Below are positions 20,374 through 30,464 of a stretch of DNA of 64,000 nt, in pieces (position 1 is the stretch's first letter; every line of letters begins with the position of its first letter). The notes beneath the pieces are model-generated. The model searched no databases, had not been told where the DNA came from, and worked only from the letters and a program-made list of their open reading frames with translations. The stretch covers positions 9,967-73,966 of the forward strand of contig JAYTTI010000006.1 in NCBI GenBank assembly GCA_043745405.1. The letters are read 5' to 3'. The translations under genes were made by a program, and so were the position numbers. Source of the DNA: Ferruginibacter sp. (lineage in GTDB: Bacteria > Bacteroidota > Bacteroidia > Chitinophagales > Chitinophagaceae).

Positions 20374-21183
20374 ATGCCAAAAGAGAATACTGCGGGTATT
20401 ATTACAGAACATTATGTTATTAAATCTACTTATTTAAAACGGGACGTTATAATAGATTTTTATTTGCCTTTAAATGACGTGACTCTCACCGATATAAGCC
20501 TGTTATTAATTAACGACGGGCAAGACCTGGTTACCATGAATTTTGACAAAATACTGGAAAATCTTTACCAGCAAAATGCGATTGCGCCATTACTATGCGT
20601 GGGCATTCATTGCGGTGCCGATAGAAAAAATGAGTATGCAACTGCAAAAATAATTGACTACAAAGGCCGGGGAACAAAAGCAGCCCTATATACTCAATTT
20701 GTTTTGGAGGAACTGTTACCCTTTATCCGCAAAACATATATAGTATTCACTTTTAAAGAAAAATCGTACGCAGGGTTTTCTTTAGGTGGCTTAAGCGCTC
20801 TGGATATTGTGTGGAACAATCAAAACGAGTTTGCAAAAGTTGGTGTATTCAGCGGGGCCTTGTGGTGGCGGGACAAAGACCAGAATGCCATTGATTTTGA
20901 TGAATCAAAAGACCGCATCATGCACCGGCAGGTAAGGGAAGGTAAATATGCTCCCTGGTTACGGTTCTTTTTTGAAGTGGGTACACAGGATGAAACAGCA
21001 GACAGGAATAACAATGGAATTATTGATGCCATTGATGATACGGTAAGCCTGATAAGTGAATTAAAGCAAAAAGGGTACAGCGATAAAAGTATTAACTACA
21101 CTGAGTTAAAAGATGGGCAGCACAATGTACCTACATGGGCAAGGGCTTTTCCTGGTTTTTTAAAATGGGGATGGGGAATGTAG
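20374..21183 (+). CDS. Alpha/beta-hydrolase (putative esterase family)
   Basis: LLINDGQD, nucleophile GFSLGG, GQHNVPTW. Start placed at ATG 20374, just after a TATTTTTG promoter element. Confidence 0.88.
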   Translation: MPKENTAGIITEHYVIKSTYLKRDVIIDFYLPLNDVTLTDISLLLINDGQDLVTMNFDKILENLYQQNAIAPLLCVGIHCGADRKNEYATAKIIDYKGRGTKAALYTQFVLEELLPFIRKTYIVFTFKEKSYAGFSLGGLSALDIVWNNQNEFAKVGVFSGALWWRDKDQNAIDFDESKDRIMHRQVREGKYAPWLRFFFEVGTQDETADRNNNGIIDAIDDTVSLISELKQKGYSDKSINYTELKDGQHNVPTWARAFPGFLKWGWGM

Positions 21184-21260
21184 TTAGGAGTTATAAATTA
21201 CGAATGTGGGGTTGTATATTTTCTATTTTAAAATGTAGGATATTGTTGTTGTGTGCAGTT

Positions 21261-21689
21261 CTATTTCTCAAGTTTGCTTTTGAAGTATATAGTATCTTTT
21301 CCTTCTATTTCTTTTGTCAAAATTTTCATTTTCCACTGACATATATAGTAAGCGGAGCCAACATATACAATTTCTACAAAGGCGGGTGTTGTAGCAATTA
21401 ATGAGTCCGTTTTCTCTAGTTTAGAATTACTCAGAGCGTTAATATACATGTCGTAATTACAATCTCTTTTCCAAATTATTTTATTCTTTAAAACTTGTCC
21501 ATTTTTTGTATTCGTTTCAAGTTGAATGCTGTCAAATCTTTCAATGTCTACCTTGTCTCTTGATATTTTAGAATAGTAATAAAATGTACCATTTTTTACT
21601 TTAGTACATTCAGGTGGAGTTGTAAGATTGAACGATAAAATGGGGAATAAAAAAGCTATAATGACAATGTTAGAAATATACTTCCCCAT
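21261..21689 (-). CDS. Hypothetical secreted protein
   Basis: Hydrophobic N-terminus, C...KNGTFYY, IIWKRDCNYDM; likely start ATG 21689. Confidence 0.6.
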   Translation of the reverse strand: MGKYISNIVIIAFLFPILSFNLTTPPECTKVKNGTFYYYSKISRDKVDIERFDSIQLETNTKNGQVLKNKIIWKRDCNYDMYINALSNSKLEKTDSLIATTPAFVEIVYVGSAYYICQWKMKILTKEIEGKDTIYFKSKLEK

Positions 21690-21855
21690 GAGTGTTGAAT
21701 TTATTGAAGTTTTTTGCGAAAAAGTATAATTCAAAATCTCACCTGTATCGTTATTGTACCAATTAGTTTATAAATATGCCATAACCCCAATTTGTAAAGT
21801 AGAATTACATTCAACATATCTCCAAATTAAATTTCATATAACTCATTACTATTTC

Positions 21856-23226
21856 TTACAAACTCATCTCTGTAAAAAATTTATGAAAATAGGGAATGGT
21901 TTCTATTCCTTTATAAAAATTCTCCAGGTTAAATTTTTCATTCGGGCTATGCAGGTTATCACTGTCTAAACCAAAACCCATAAAGACTATTTTAATACCT
22001 AATTCTTTTTCAAACAAAGCACAAATTGGGATGCTGCCACCGCCACGAACAGGTATTGGCTTTTTGCCAAAAGTTGCTTCCATTGCTTTTGCTGCAGCCT
22101 GGTAAGCTTTACTGTTTATCGGGGTCATGTAAGGCTCGCCACCATGGTGCTCAAATGCACTGACAGTAATACCTTCCGGTGCTATTTTATTAAAATGATC
22201 CAGCAGCATTGCGGTAATTTTTTCGGAAGATTGATTAGGTACTAAACGGGTGCTGATTTTTGCAGTAGCTTTACTGGGCAATACTGTTTTAGCACCTTCG
22301 CCCTGGTAGCCACCCCAAATTCCATTCACTTCTAATGTAGGCCTTATGCCTGTTCTTTCAATAGTGCTATACCCTTTTTCACCCCATAATTCTTTTATGC
22401 CAAGATCATTTTTATAGGTTGCTTCAACAAAGGGGGCTTCGGCCATTAATTTTCTTTCTTCAGTTGTAGAAACAACTACATCATCATAAAAACCGGGTAT
22501 AGTAATATGGTTATTTTCATCATGGCAACTGGTAATCATTTTGGCCAGCATAGTAATCGGGTTGGCAACAGCGCCGCCGTAAACACCACTATGGAGGTCG
22601 CGGTTGGGGCCTGTTACAATTACTTCAATATAACTAAGTCCACGAACACCAATATCGATACTCGGCGTATCTAAACTGATTATGGCGCTGTCGCTGATCA
22701 ATACACAATCTGCTTTTAATAACTCTTTATGTGTTGCTACAAATTTGCCCAGGTTGGGGGATCCCACTTCTTCTTCGCCTTCAATACAAAATTTAATATT
22801 ATTGGTCAATGTATTTGTTTGCACCAAGGTTTCCAATGCTTTAATGTGCATGTACATTTGCCCTTTATCATCGCAACTGCCTCGGGCGAAAATTTTACCA
22901 TCAATAATTACAGGATCAAAGGGTCCGCTTTTCCAAAGCTCCAATGGCTCTGCAGGTTGCACATCATAATGGCCATAAACCAATACAGTTGGCTTTGCTG
23001 GATCAATAATTTTTTCTGCATAAACAACAGGGTGCCCTTCCGTTGTATATATTTCTACTTTATCAACACCAGCTTGCAATAAACGTTCTTTTACAGCTTC
23101 GGCACATTTTACCATATCTGGTTTATTTTCGCTTTTGGCACTTATGCTTGGTATACGCAACAGCTCTAATAATTCATTTAAAAAACGGTCCTTATTTTTT
23201 TCCTGGTACTCCTTCCAAACTTGCAT
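21856..23226 (-). CDS. M20 family dipeptidase
   Basis: YGHYDVQP, ARGSCDDKGQ, EGEEEVGS, DLHSG, HSPNE; likely start ATG 23226. Confidence 0.93.
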   Translation of the reverse strand: MQVWKEYQEKNKDRFLNELLELLRIPSISAKSENKPDMVKCAEAVKERLLQAGVDKVEIYTTEGHPVVYAEKIIDPAKPTVLVYGHYDVQPAEPLELWKSGPFDPVIIDGKIFARGSCDDKGQMYMHIKALETLVQTNTLTNNIKFCIEGEEEVGSPNLGKFVATHKELLKADCVLISDSAIISLDTPSIDIGVRGLSYIEVIVTGPNRDLHSGVYGGAVANPITMLAKMITSCHDENNHITIPGFYDDVVVSTTEERKLMAEAPFVEATYKNDLGIKELWGEKGYSTIERTGIRPTLEVNGIWGGYQGEGAKTVLPSKATAKISTRLVPNQSSEKITAMLLDHFNKIAPEGITVSAFEHHGGEPYMTPINSKAYQAAAKAMEATFGKKPIPVRGGGSIPICALFEKELGIKIVFMGFGLDSDNLHSPNEKFNLENFYKGIETIPYFHKFFTEMSL

Positions 23227-23530
23227 AATAATTGATATGTGTATAAAAAAAAGATATTTTTTGAGTAACGAATGTAGGTTTTTATACAACCAAAAAATCG
23301 ATTTGGCTAAAAACAAAAAAATTTGGTAAATAAAATAAAAAAAGTAACGTTATAAAGATGGGACAACTATATTTGTCCTACGATTGTATTCCCAATTTAT
23401 CAGCCTTTGCTTTAGTTGTATTTTTAATAATACTTCTATTGCAAAGGCTGAGTCAATTATATGAATACCCGATTATTTTTTGATTTTGATAGACTTATAT
23501 TAGTGGTTCTGCAATTAAACCATATATAAA

Positions 23531-23558
23531 ATAAAACCCGCTTATCGGCGGGCTTTAT
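23531..23558 (-). terminator. Intrinsic terminator after sod
   Basis: CCCGC-TTATCG-GCGGG stem flanked by A/T tracts. Confidence 0.6.
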
Positions 23559-23595
23559 AAAAGTAAATCAGTTATAACTGAAATCGCTTTTATTT

Positions 23596-24342
23596 TTAAA
23601 TACTTTCAAAACGTGTGTTAACTGTATTCCAGTTTAATATTTTCCAAAAGCTTGCAATATAATCTGCACGGCGGTTCTGGTATTTAAGATAATAGGCATG
23701 TTCCCATACATCTAATCCAAACAATGGAAAACCTTTTACTTCAGCAATGTCCATTAAAGGGTTATCCTGGTTAGGTGTAGATGTAATAATTAGTTTTTTA
23801 TCTGATGTAATTATCAGCCACGCCCAACCACTGCCAAACCTTGTTGCAGATGCCGTGGTAAATTGTTTTTTCATTTCATCCATCGAACCAAAACTTGTGT
23901 TGATAGCTGTTAATAATTTAGCAGATGGTTGCGTGGTTGTATCAGCTGATAACAATTTCCAAAACATTTCATGATTGTAATGTCCGCCTCCATTATTACG
24001 CATTTTTACCGAATACTTCGAAATTTTGTAAAGCACATCTTCCAATGGTTTACTGGTATCGACACCTTCAGCCAAAGCAGCTTCTTTTAAATTTTTACTA
24101 TAGGCCGCTGCATGTTTATTATAATGAATGTCCATGGTTAAGGTATCAATCGATGGTTCCAATGCACTATAAACATAGGGTAAAGGTTGTTGATCAAAAC
24201 CTGTTGTAATAGGAGAAAAATTTGAAGTATTTGTCATATTATCAGACGCTGCTAATGCGCCAAGATTGGGCAATGTTATTAAAGCCCCAATACCTGCTAA
24301 TGCAGACTGTCCGATAAAATTTCTACGTGAAGATTGTTTCAT
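23596..24342 (-). CDS. sod: Fe/Mn superoxide dismutase with twin-arginine signal peptide
   Basis: SSRRNFIG Tat motif; HYNKH, NNGGGHYNH, FGSGWAW, DVWEHAYY. Confidence 0.93.
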   Translation of the reverse strand: MKQSSRRNFIGQSALAGIGALITLPNLGALAASDNMTNTSNFSPITTGFDQQPLPYVYSALEPSIDTLTMDIHYNKHAAAYSKNLKEAALAEGVDTSKPLEDVLYKISKYSVKMRNNGGGHYNHEMFWKLLSADTTTQPSAKLLTAINTSFGSMDEMKKQFTTASATRFGSGWAWLIITSDKKLIITSTPNQDNPLMDIAEVKGFPLFGLDVWEHAYYLKYQNRRADYIASFWKILNWNTVNTRFESI

Positions 24343-24375
24343 AATAAATTATTTTATTCTATAAATTTAGTTAAT

Positions 24376-25833
24376 CTATTTCGTACGGTTCAATATATTA
24401 ACAACCGGTTTAAAAAAAGGGCGGATTTTTTTGAAAAAGCGGTAATAAAATTCCTTATTAAATAAAGCAGAATCGTGCATTGCCTTGTAGGTTAAAAATA
24501 CTCCAATGGGGGTTAGTACCAAAATAGCCAGCCACATACCTATCAGGGGGGTAGTAATGTTATCTTTGGCAAATTTTTCACCAAACATATTAAGCAGGTG
24601 AAAAATAAGAAAGAATAAAATAGCTACTACCAAAGGCATACCCAGCCCACCTTTTCTGATGATTGACCCGAGCGGCGCACCAATAAAAAATAATACAAGG
24701 CATGCCAGTGATAAAGAGAATTTACGGTGCCATTCAATTAAACCAATCTTTATACCATCATTTTTACTATCAACCTCTGTTCCTATTGCCTGGTAACTGG
24801 TTCTGAGGCTGTACGCTGTTGAAATGGCAGCACTATAAACGGCACTTTTGGCACTATCCGGAACCAGGTCCATAATGGCTTCAGGTTTTTTTGCGGAACC
24901 AGGAACGGGAACATTTTTCCAGATACTATCTGGTAATTGGGCGTAATGCAATTGGCTGGCAACAGCTGTATTTAAATTTACATTAAGTTTTTTGTTTTCT
25001 TTTTTTAAAGAGTCTATTGTTTGGTCCAATAACCGGATGCTCAGCATTTTGAAATCATCTTTAAAAATAGTATCTGATACATTCATCATTTGCAGAGAGC
25101 TTATATCAAATAGTTTTTTATACTCTTTAAAACTCATTCGAATAAATTCAGTGGTGGTATCCATAATGTTGCCACGCTCCTGGTAGCGGTGGCCATTTTG
25201 CAGTGTAAATTCAAGGAACCTTTTATCGGCTGATAATTTCATTGTACCCTTTTCTGCAATAATGGTATTATCCTGTAGCTGGCTCTGCTGTTCAAATATC
25301 ACTACATAATGTATTGTTTTACCATCAGCGTCTTTTTTACCTATTTTTATTGCATAACCCGGAATGTATTTATAAAAAGTACCAGGTTTTAAATCAAGTG
25401 CTGGCTTCTTGTACATAATATCATAATAAACTGTTTTGAATCTTAAATTTGCATACGGAATAACATAGTTGGCAAATAGAAAAGTGATACCACAAAGTAA
25501 AATGGCTACCCAAATTAAAGGCCGCATAAACCGTAACAAAGAAATTCCTGCAGATTTTATGGCTACCAGTTCAAAGCTTTCGCCAAGATTGCCAAAAGTC
25601 ATGATAGACGAAATGAGAATTGCTATCGGCATGGCTAATGTAAGCAGGGAGGCGCTGGCATACCATAAACATTCCCCGATGGTAAAAAGGTCAAGGTCTT
25701 TACCAACAAAGTCATCTATATACTTCCATAAATTCTGCATCATCAGCACAAAAAAAGTGATGAAGAACGTTACAATAAACGGTCCTATAAACGATCTGAT
25801 GATGAGTGTGTCTAATTTTTTTATCATTCCCAA
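24376..25833 (-). CDS. LptF/LptG family permease
   Basis: FGNLGESFELVAIKSAGISL, IEWHRKFSL, FFIGAPLG. Confidence 0.9.
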   Translation of the reverse strand: MGMIKKLDTLIIRSFIGPFIVTFFITFFVLMMQNLWKYIDDFVGKDLDLFTIGECLWYASASLLTLAMPIAILISSIMTFGNLGESFELVAIKSAGISLLRFMRPLIWVAILLCGITFLFANYVIPYANLRFKTVYYDIMYKKPALDLKPGTFYKYIPGYAIKIGKKDADGKTIHYVVIFEQQSQLQDNTIIAEKGTMKLSADKRFLEFTLQNGHRYQERGNIMDTTTEFIRMSFKEYKKLFDISSLQMMNVSDTIFKDDFKMLSIRLLDQTIDSLKKENKKLNVNLNTAVASQLHYAQLPDSIWKNVPVPGSAKKPEAIMDLVPDSAKSAVYSAAISTAYSLRTSYQAIGTEVDSKNDGIKIGLIEWHRKFSLSLACLVLFFIGAPLGSIIRKGGLGMPLVVAILFFLIFHLLNMFGEKFAKDNITTPLIGMWLAILVLTPIGVFLTYKAMHDSALFNKEFYYRFFKKIRPFFKPVVNILNRTK

Positions 25834-25883
25834 ATCCCCGTCGGGCTAACCTTTTAATAAGTTATTTGTATCTTGGCAACAAG

Positions 25884-26498
25884 ATGATTGACAAAACAAA
25901 AATAATGCTTTCTGCCAAGGAACTGGAATTGGTTTGTAATACCGATTGGATTTTAACTAAACATATCATTATTGAAAAAGTAATTCAACTGTTTAGTGCA
26001 ATGCTTGTAATCATGCAGCAGCAAACCGCAAGGCAAAAAAATAATTTGCCGGTGGAAGTATTTATAAAAGACCCTAAAATTTCCCGGGGCGAAAACTACC
26101 GGCAGTTGCCTTATGTAATGCTTGATTATCCACGTTATTTTGAAAAACAAAATACATTGGCCATCCGCACTTTTTTTTGGTGGGGAAATTTCTTCAGCAT
26201 CAATATGCAATTATCGGGGGATATAAAAACCAAGGCAACACCCAATTTAATAGCTGCCTTTTTAGAGTTGCAACAAAGCGATTATTGGGTTTGTGTAAAT
26301 AATGATCCATGGCAACATCATTTTAAAGAAGATAATTATTTACCCCTTCAACAAATTACCATTGAACAATTTGGCGTTATGCTTAACCGTGAGTTGTTTG
26401 TAAAAATCGGCAAAAAAATTTCAGTCAAAAATTGGGAAACTGCCGCCCCGTTTATTGAGAATAGTTTTGGAGAGATGATACGGTTGCTAAAAAACTAA
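25884..26498 (+). CDS. Conserved hypothetical protein
   Basis: PKISRGENYRQLPYVMLDYPR, IRTFFWWG; long ORF; likely start ATG 25884. Confidence 0.7.
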   Translation: MIDKTKIMLSAKELELVCNTDWILTKHIIIEKVIQLFSAMLVIMQQQTARQKNNLPVEVFIKDPKISRGENYRQLPYVMLDYPRYFEKQNTLAIRTFFWWGNFFSINMQLSGDIKTKATPNLIAAFLELQQSDYWVCVNNDPWQHHFKEDNYLPLQQITIEQFGVMLNRELFVKIGKKISVKNWETAAPFIENSFGEMIRLLKN

Positions 26499-26878
26499 TT
26501 ACCCAAACGATGAAAAAGATCTTTTACCTGGTACTCCCATAACTGGCTTTGATCTTTTATATCTTTCTTTTCAGCAAAATCTTTAATGATCAGTATTGTC
26601 TGATTGGTTACTTCCGATTTGTCAATACTAAATTCAAAATATTCTCCTTTAGGCATGTGCAGCCAATGAAAACGGATATATTTATTTTCTTCACCTTCTA
26701 CTAATTCTGCTTTTTCATCAGTAGCGCCGTTCCAGGAAAAGCTAAATACGCCATCCCTCTCATCAACTTTGTCTGCAAACCATTCCTGCAATCCTGCAGG
26801 GGTACTTAAAAATTCATACAAAATTCCTGGAGAACATCTAACAGGATATTCTAATGTATATAATGCTTTCTTACTCAT
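26495..26878 (-). CDS. START-like/SRPBCC domain protein
   Basis: LYEFLSTPAGLQEWFADKV, FSFSW, IRFHW. Confidence 0.85.
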   Translation of the reverse strand: MSKKALYTLEYPVRCSPGILYEFLSTPAGLQEWFADKVDERDGVFSFSWNGATDEKAELVEGEENKYIRFHWLHMPKGEYFEFSIDKSEVTNQTILIIKDFAEKKDIKDQSQLWEYQVKDLFHRLGN

Positions 26879-27132
26879 CCAATTAATTTAAATCTGCTTT
26901 GTGTGGTGCAATAATAACAAAATAAACGTGGCAATGAAATATTTTTTCAACTATTTTTTGTTAAACAATACTGGTGCCTGCACTAAATTTCAATTATAAC
27001 TTATAAAAATCAGCCAATTACAAAAAATATTTTTTGGAAACATATATTAAAAGGTATAAATTACGTTAAAGTAAATATGTTTCGTTAACCTTGTCCGTAT
27101 TTTAGCTTTTAACCAATTAAAACAACCTGTTT

Positions 27133-28008
27133 ATGAGCATGCGTCAACTCAAAATCACGAAATCGATTACGAATCGTGAAAGCCAGAGTTTAGAAAAATA
27201 TTTGCAGGAAATAGGTAAGGTAGATCTGATAACTCCCGAAGAAGAAGTTAGGTTAGCCATTCGCATAAAACAAGGCGATCAGGCTGCATTGGAAAAATTA
27301 ACCAAGGCTAATCTTCGTTTTGTAGTATCTGTTGCCAAACAATACCAAAACCAGGGTCTTACATTACCCGATGTAATTAATGAAGGTAATCTTGGACTTA
27401 TAAAAGCAGCACAACGTTTTGATGAAACCCGCGGTTTTAAATTTATATCGTATGCTGTTTGGTGGATACGTCAAAGTATTTTGCAGGCCCTTGCCGAACA
27501 ATCAAGAATAGTGCGATTACCGCTTAATAAAGTCGGTCTTACAAATCGAATTAGTAAAGCCTATTCGCAATTAGAACAGGAATATGAGCGTGAGCCAACA
27601 GTAGAAGAACTGGCAACTTTATTAGATTTGGAAACAGAAGAAGTAGCAGCATCAATGAGCTCTTCTATTAGGCACGTCAGTATGGATCAGCCTTTTGGTG
27701 ATGGAGATGAAGGATCATTAATGGATGTATTGGAAAATCCCAATGCAGATAGTACAGATATGCACCTGGCATTTAAAGTATCACTGGCTACAGAAATAGA
27801 CAGGTCTTTAAGTACATTGACTGACAGGCAGAAAGAAGTTATAAGATTCTTTTTTGGTATTGGTGTAGATCATGCCCTAAGCCTGGAAGATATTGGTGAA
27901 AGATTTAATCTTACAAGGGAAAGGGTAAGACAGATAAAAGATAAGGCAATATCCAAATTGCAGGTAACATCCCGGTGCAACCTTTTACGCACTTACCTGG
28001 GAGCCTAA
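27133..28008 (+). CDS. RNA polymerase sigma factor, RpoD/SigA family (short Bacteroidota form lacking region 1.1)
   Basis: [42 protein letters not shown]. Confidence 0.95.
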   Translation: MSMRQLKITKSITNRESQSLEKYLQEIGKVDLITPEEEVRLAIRIKQGDQAALEKLTKANLRFVVSVAKQYQNQGLTLPDVINEGNLGLIKAAQRFDETRGFKFISYAVWWIRQSILQALAEQSRIVRLPLNKVGLTNRISKAYSQLEQEYEREPTVEELATLLDLETEEVAASMSSSIRHVSMDQPFGDGDEGSLMDVLENPNADSTDMHLAFKVSLATEIDRSLSTLTDRQKEVIRFFFGIGVDHALSLEDIGERFNLTRERVRQIKDKAISKLQVTSRCNLLRTYLGA

Positions 28009-28034
28009 AGATTTCATACATTTGCAGAATATAT

Positions 28035-28060
28035 AGTGAACTCAAAAGTTCACTTTTTTT
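28035..28060 (+). terminator. Intrinsic terminator-like hairpin
   Basis: AGTGAACT-CAAA-AGTTCACT followed by a T-run. Confidence 0.65.
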
Positions 28061-28090
28061 ATACCCAAATGTTTAAAAAAATCAGAACAG

Positions 28091-29413
28091 ATGTTTAATT
28101 CGCTTAGTGAAAAGTTAGAAAGCGCCCTTAAAAATATTAAAGGCCAGGGAAGAATTACTGAACTTAATATTGCCAATACTGTAAAAGAAATTCGCAGGGC
28201 ACTGGTAGATGCCGATGTAAATTATAAAATTGCCAAAGAATTTACCGATATTATAAAAGAAAAAGCGCTTGGTGAAAAAGTTTTAACAGCTGTTAGTCCG
28301 GGCCAGTTAATGGTAAAAATTGTACAGGATCAGCTAACCGAACTGATGGGTGGCAGTGAAAGTGAATTTAATATTTCAGGTAACCCTGCCATTATTTTAA
28401 TTGCAGGGTTACAGGGTAGTGGTAAAACAACTTTTAGTGGTAAACTGGCCAATTATTTAAAAACTAAAAAAGGCAAATCACCCTTATTGGTTGCAGCAGA
28501 TATATACAGGCCTGCGGCGATAGATCAATTGGAAATATTGGGAGGGCAGATCGGAGTTGATGTATACAGCGAAAGGGGAAATAAAGATGCTGTAAACATT
28601 GTACAAAACGCTATTAAAGAAGCGAAATCAAAAAATAAAAATGTAATCATTATAGATACTGCGGGACGATTGGCAATAGATGAAATAATGATGATGGAAG
28701 TAGCAAATATAAAAGCTGCCATTAAGCCGCAGGAAATATTATTTGTAGTAGATAGTATGACAGGCCAGGATGCGGTAAACACAGCAGCAGCCTTTAATGA
28801 ACGTCTTGATTTTACTGGTGTTGTATTAACAAAGTTGGATGGTGATACAAGGGGAGGTGCAGCATTGTCCATTAAATACACTGTAAATAAACCAATCAAG
28901 TTTGCAAGCAGTGGTGAAAAAATGGAAACACTGGATGTTTTTTATCCAGAGAGGATGGCGCAGCGTATTTTAGGGATGGGTGATATTGTTAGTTTGGTAG
29001 AAAAAGCGCAGGAGCAATTTGATGCTGTTGAAGCAGCTAAACTGGAAAAAAAGATCCGTAAAAATCAATTTGATTTTGAAGATTTTAAAACCCAGTTGCA
29101 GCAGATTAAAAAAATGGGTAACCTTAAGGACCTGATGGGAATGATTCCGGGAGTGGGCAAACAAATAAAAGATGTTGATATTAATGACGATGCATTTAAA
29201 GGAATCGAGGCAATGATTAATTCTATGACGTTACAGGAAAGGCGTAACCCGGATATTATTAACCCTAACCGTAAACTGCGCATTGCCAAGGGAAGTGGAA
29301 AAGATATTACTGAACTAAACCAGTTTTTAAAACAGTTTGAGCAAATGAAGGGTATGATGAAGATGATGAATAAAATGCCCATGAGTAAAATGCCGGGAAT
29401 GGGTAAGCGCTAG
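28091..29413 (+). CDS. ffh: Signal recognition particle protein Ffh
   Basis: GLQGSGKTT, DTAGR, TKLDGD, Met-rich M domain. Confidence 0.98.
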   Translation: MFNSLSEKLESALKNIKGQGRITELNIANTVKEIRRALVDADVNYKIAKEFTDIIKEKALGEKVLTAVSPGQLMVKIVQDQLTELMGGSESEFNISGNPAIILIAGLQGSGKTTFSGKLANYLKTKKGKSPLLVAADIYRPAAIDQLEILGGQIGVDVYSERGNKDAVNIVQNAIKEAKSKNKNVIIIDTAGRLAIDEIMMMEVANIKAAIKPQEILFVVDSMTGQDAVNTAAAFNERLDFTGVVLTKLDGDTRGGAALSIKYTVNKPIKFASSGEKMETLDVFYPERMAQRILGMGDIVSLVEKAQEQFDAVEAAKLEKKIRKNQFDFEDFKTQLQQIKKMGNLKDLMGMIPGVGKQIKDVDINDDAFKGIEAMINSMTLQERRNPDIINPNRKLRIAKGSGKDITELNQFLKQFEQMKGMMKMMNKMPMSKMPGMGKR

Positions 29414-29430
29414 CAATTAATAAACTAACC

Positions 29431-30054
29431 CTGAAGAAAACTATCATTTTTTTATTGCTGTTTATAAGCGTAAAAGGAATGGCACAAACACCGGTATTGG
29501 GCGAGTATTATTTTCACAAACAGGAAATGGTTGCCGGCTTTAATTTTTCAGCGGATGGAAAATTTCAGTTCTTTTATTCGTATGGTGCGGTTGATAGAAA
29601 TGCCACCGGTACTTTTTTGGTGCATAGCGATACTTTGCAATTAAAAAGTGATAAGTTAGCTGGCAAAGACTTCACTATAAAAAATCAATCCAAACAGAAA
29701 TCGGGTTATAATATTCAATTTGAAGATGACAACAAATATTTGATAAAAGATATTCTTTGTATATTTTTTATTGATGGTAAAGAGCAGGAGGCCTTTTCTG
29801 ATGAAAACGGCAAAGTTCAGATGGCGCTGGCGCATTGTGATTCTGTTTGTGTGCAGCATCCATTTTATCCCGACATAATGATCTTTATAAAGAATAGTGA
29901 AAATGATAGCAATAATTTTATACTAACATTAAGTCCATCACTTGTGCAGGTTAGTTTCAAAGGCATTATGTTTTGAATAGATAATGATATGCTAATTACC
30001 TGCCCGCCAAATTATTTTATGCCGCTGGAAAATATTGAATTTATAAAACAGTAA
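29431..30054 (+). pseudogene. Secreted hypothetical protein with a CTG start and an internal TGA
   Basis: CTG-KKTIIFLLLF signal peptide from 29431; after TGA at 29974-29976 the frame continues IDNDMLITCPPNYFMPLENIEFIKQ*. Confidence 0.55.
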
Positions 30055-30464
30055 TAAATTTAAAAGATTATGGGCAAATCAAGCCAATGAACAAGCATTG
30101 CAATAATAGTATTATCTACGCTGTTATTCCTATTTTTTTTCATGCTCAACTTTTAAAAAAAAGACCTTGTTGTTTTTAGTAGAAAATTTGATATCAAATA
30201 GTAAAACAGGTTACAAAAAATACTTATACACTCACGCTGATCAAAAATAAATTATTTGTCCATTTGCACAATAAAACCTCTCTCTGGTAGTTAATAGTAA
30301 GGATATATACCAAAAGGTTTAATCATTAGCACCAGTATGCTTTTTTCTAAAAGACTATACAATTTTTGTTAAGGTAAAAAATGATGACATGTTATTTTGG
30401 GTATTATCTAATCCTTATCCAGACCCGTAATAACTTCTTTATTATTTGAGTTTTCACTGCTAAA

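Noticed and set aside
27133-28008. Truncated rpoD (no region 1.1)
   Set aside because: Short primary-type sigma factors are normal in Bacteroidota
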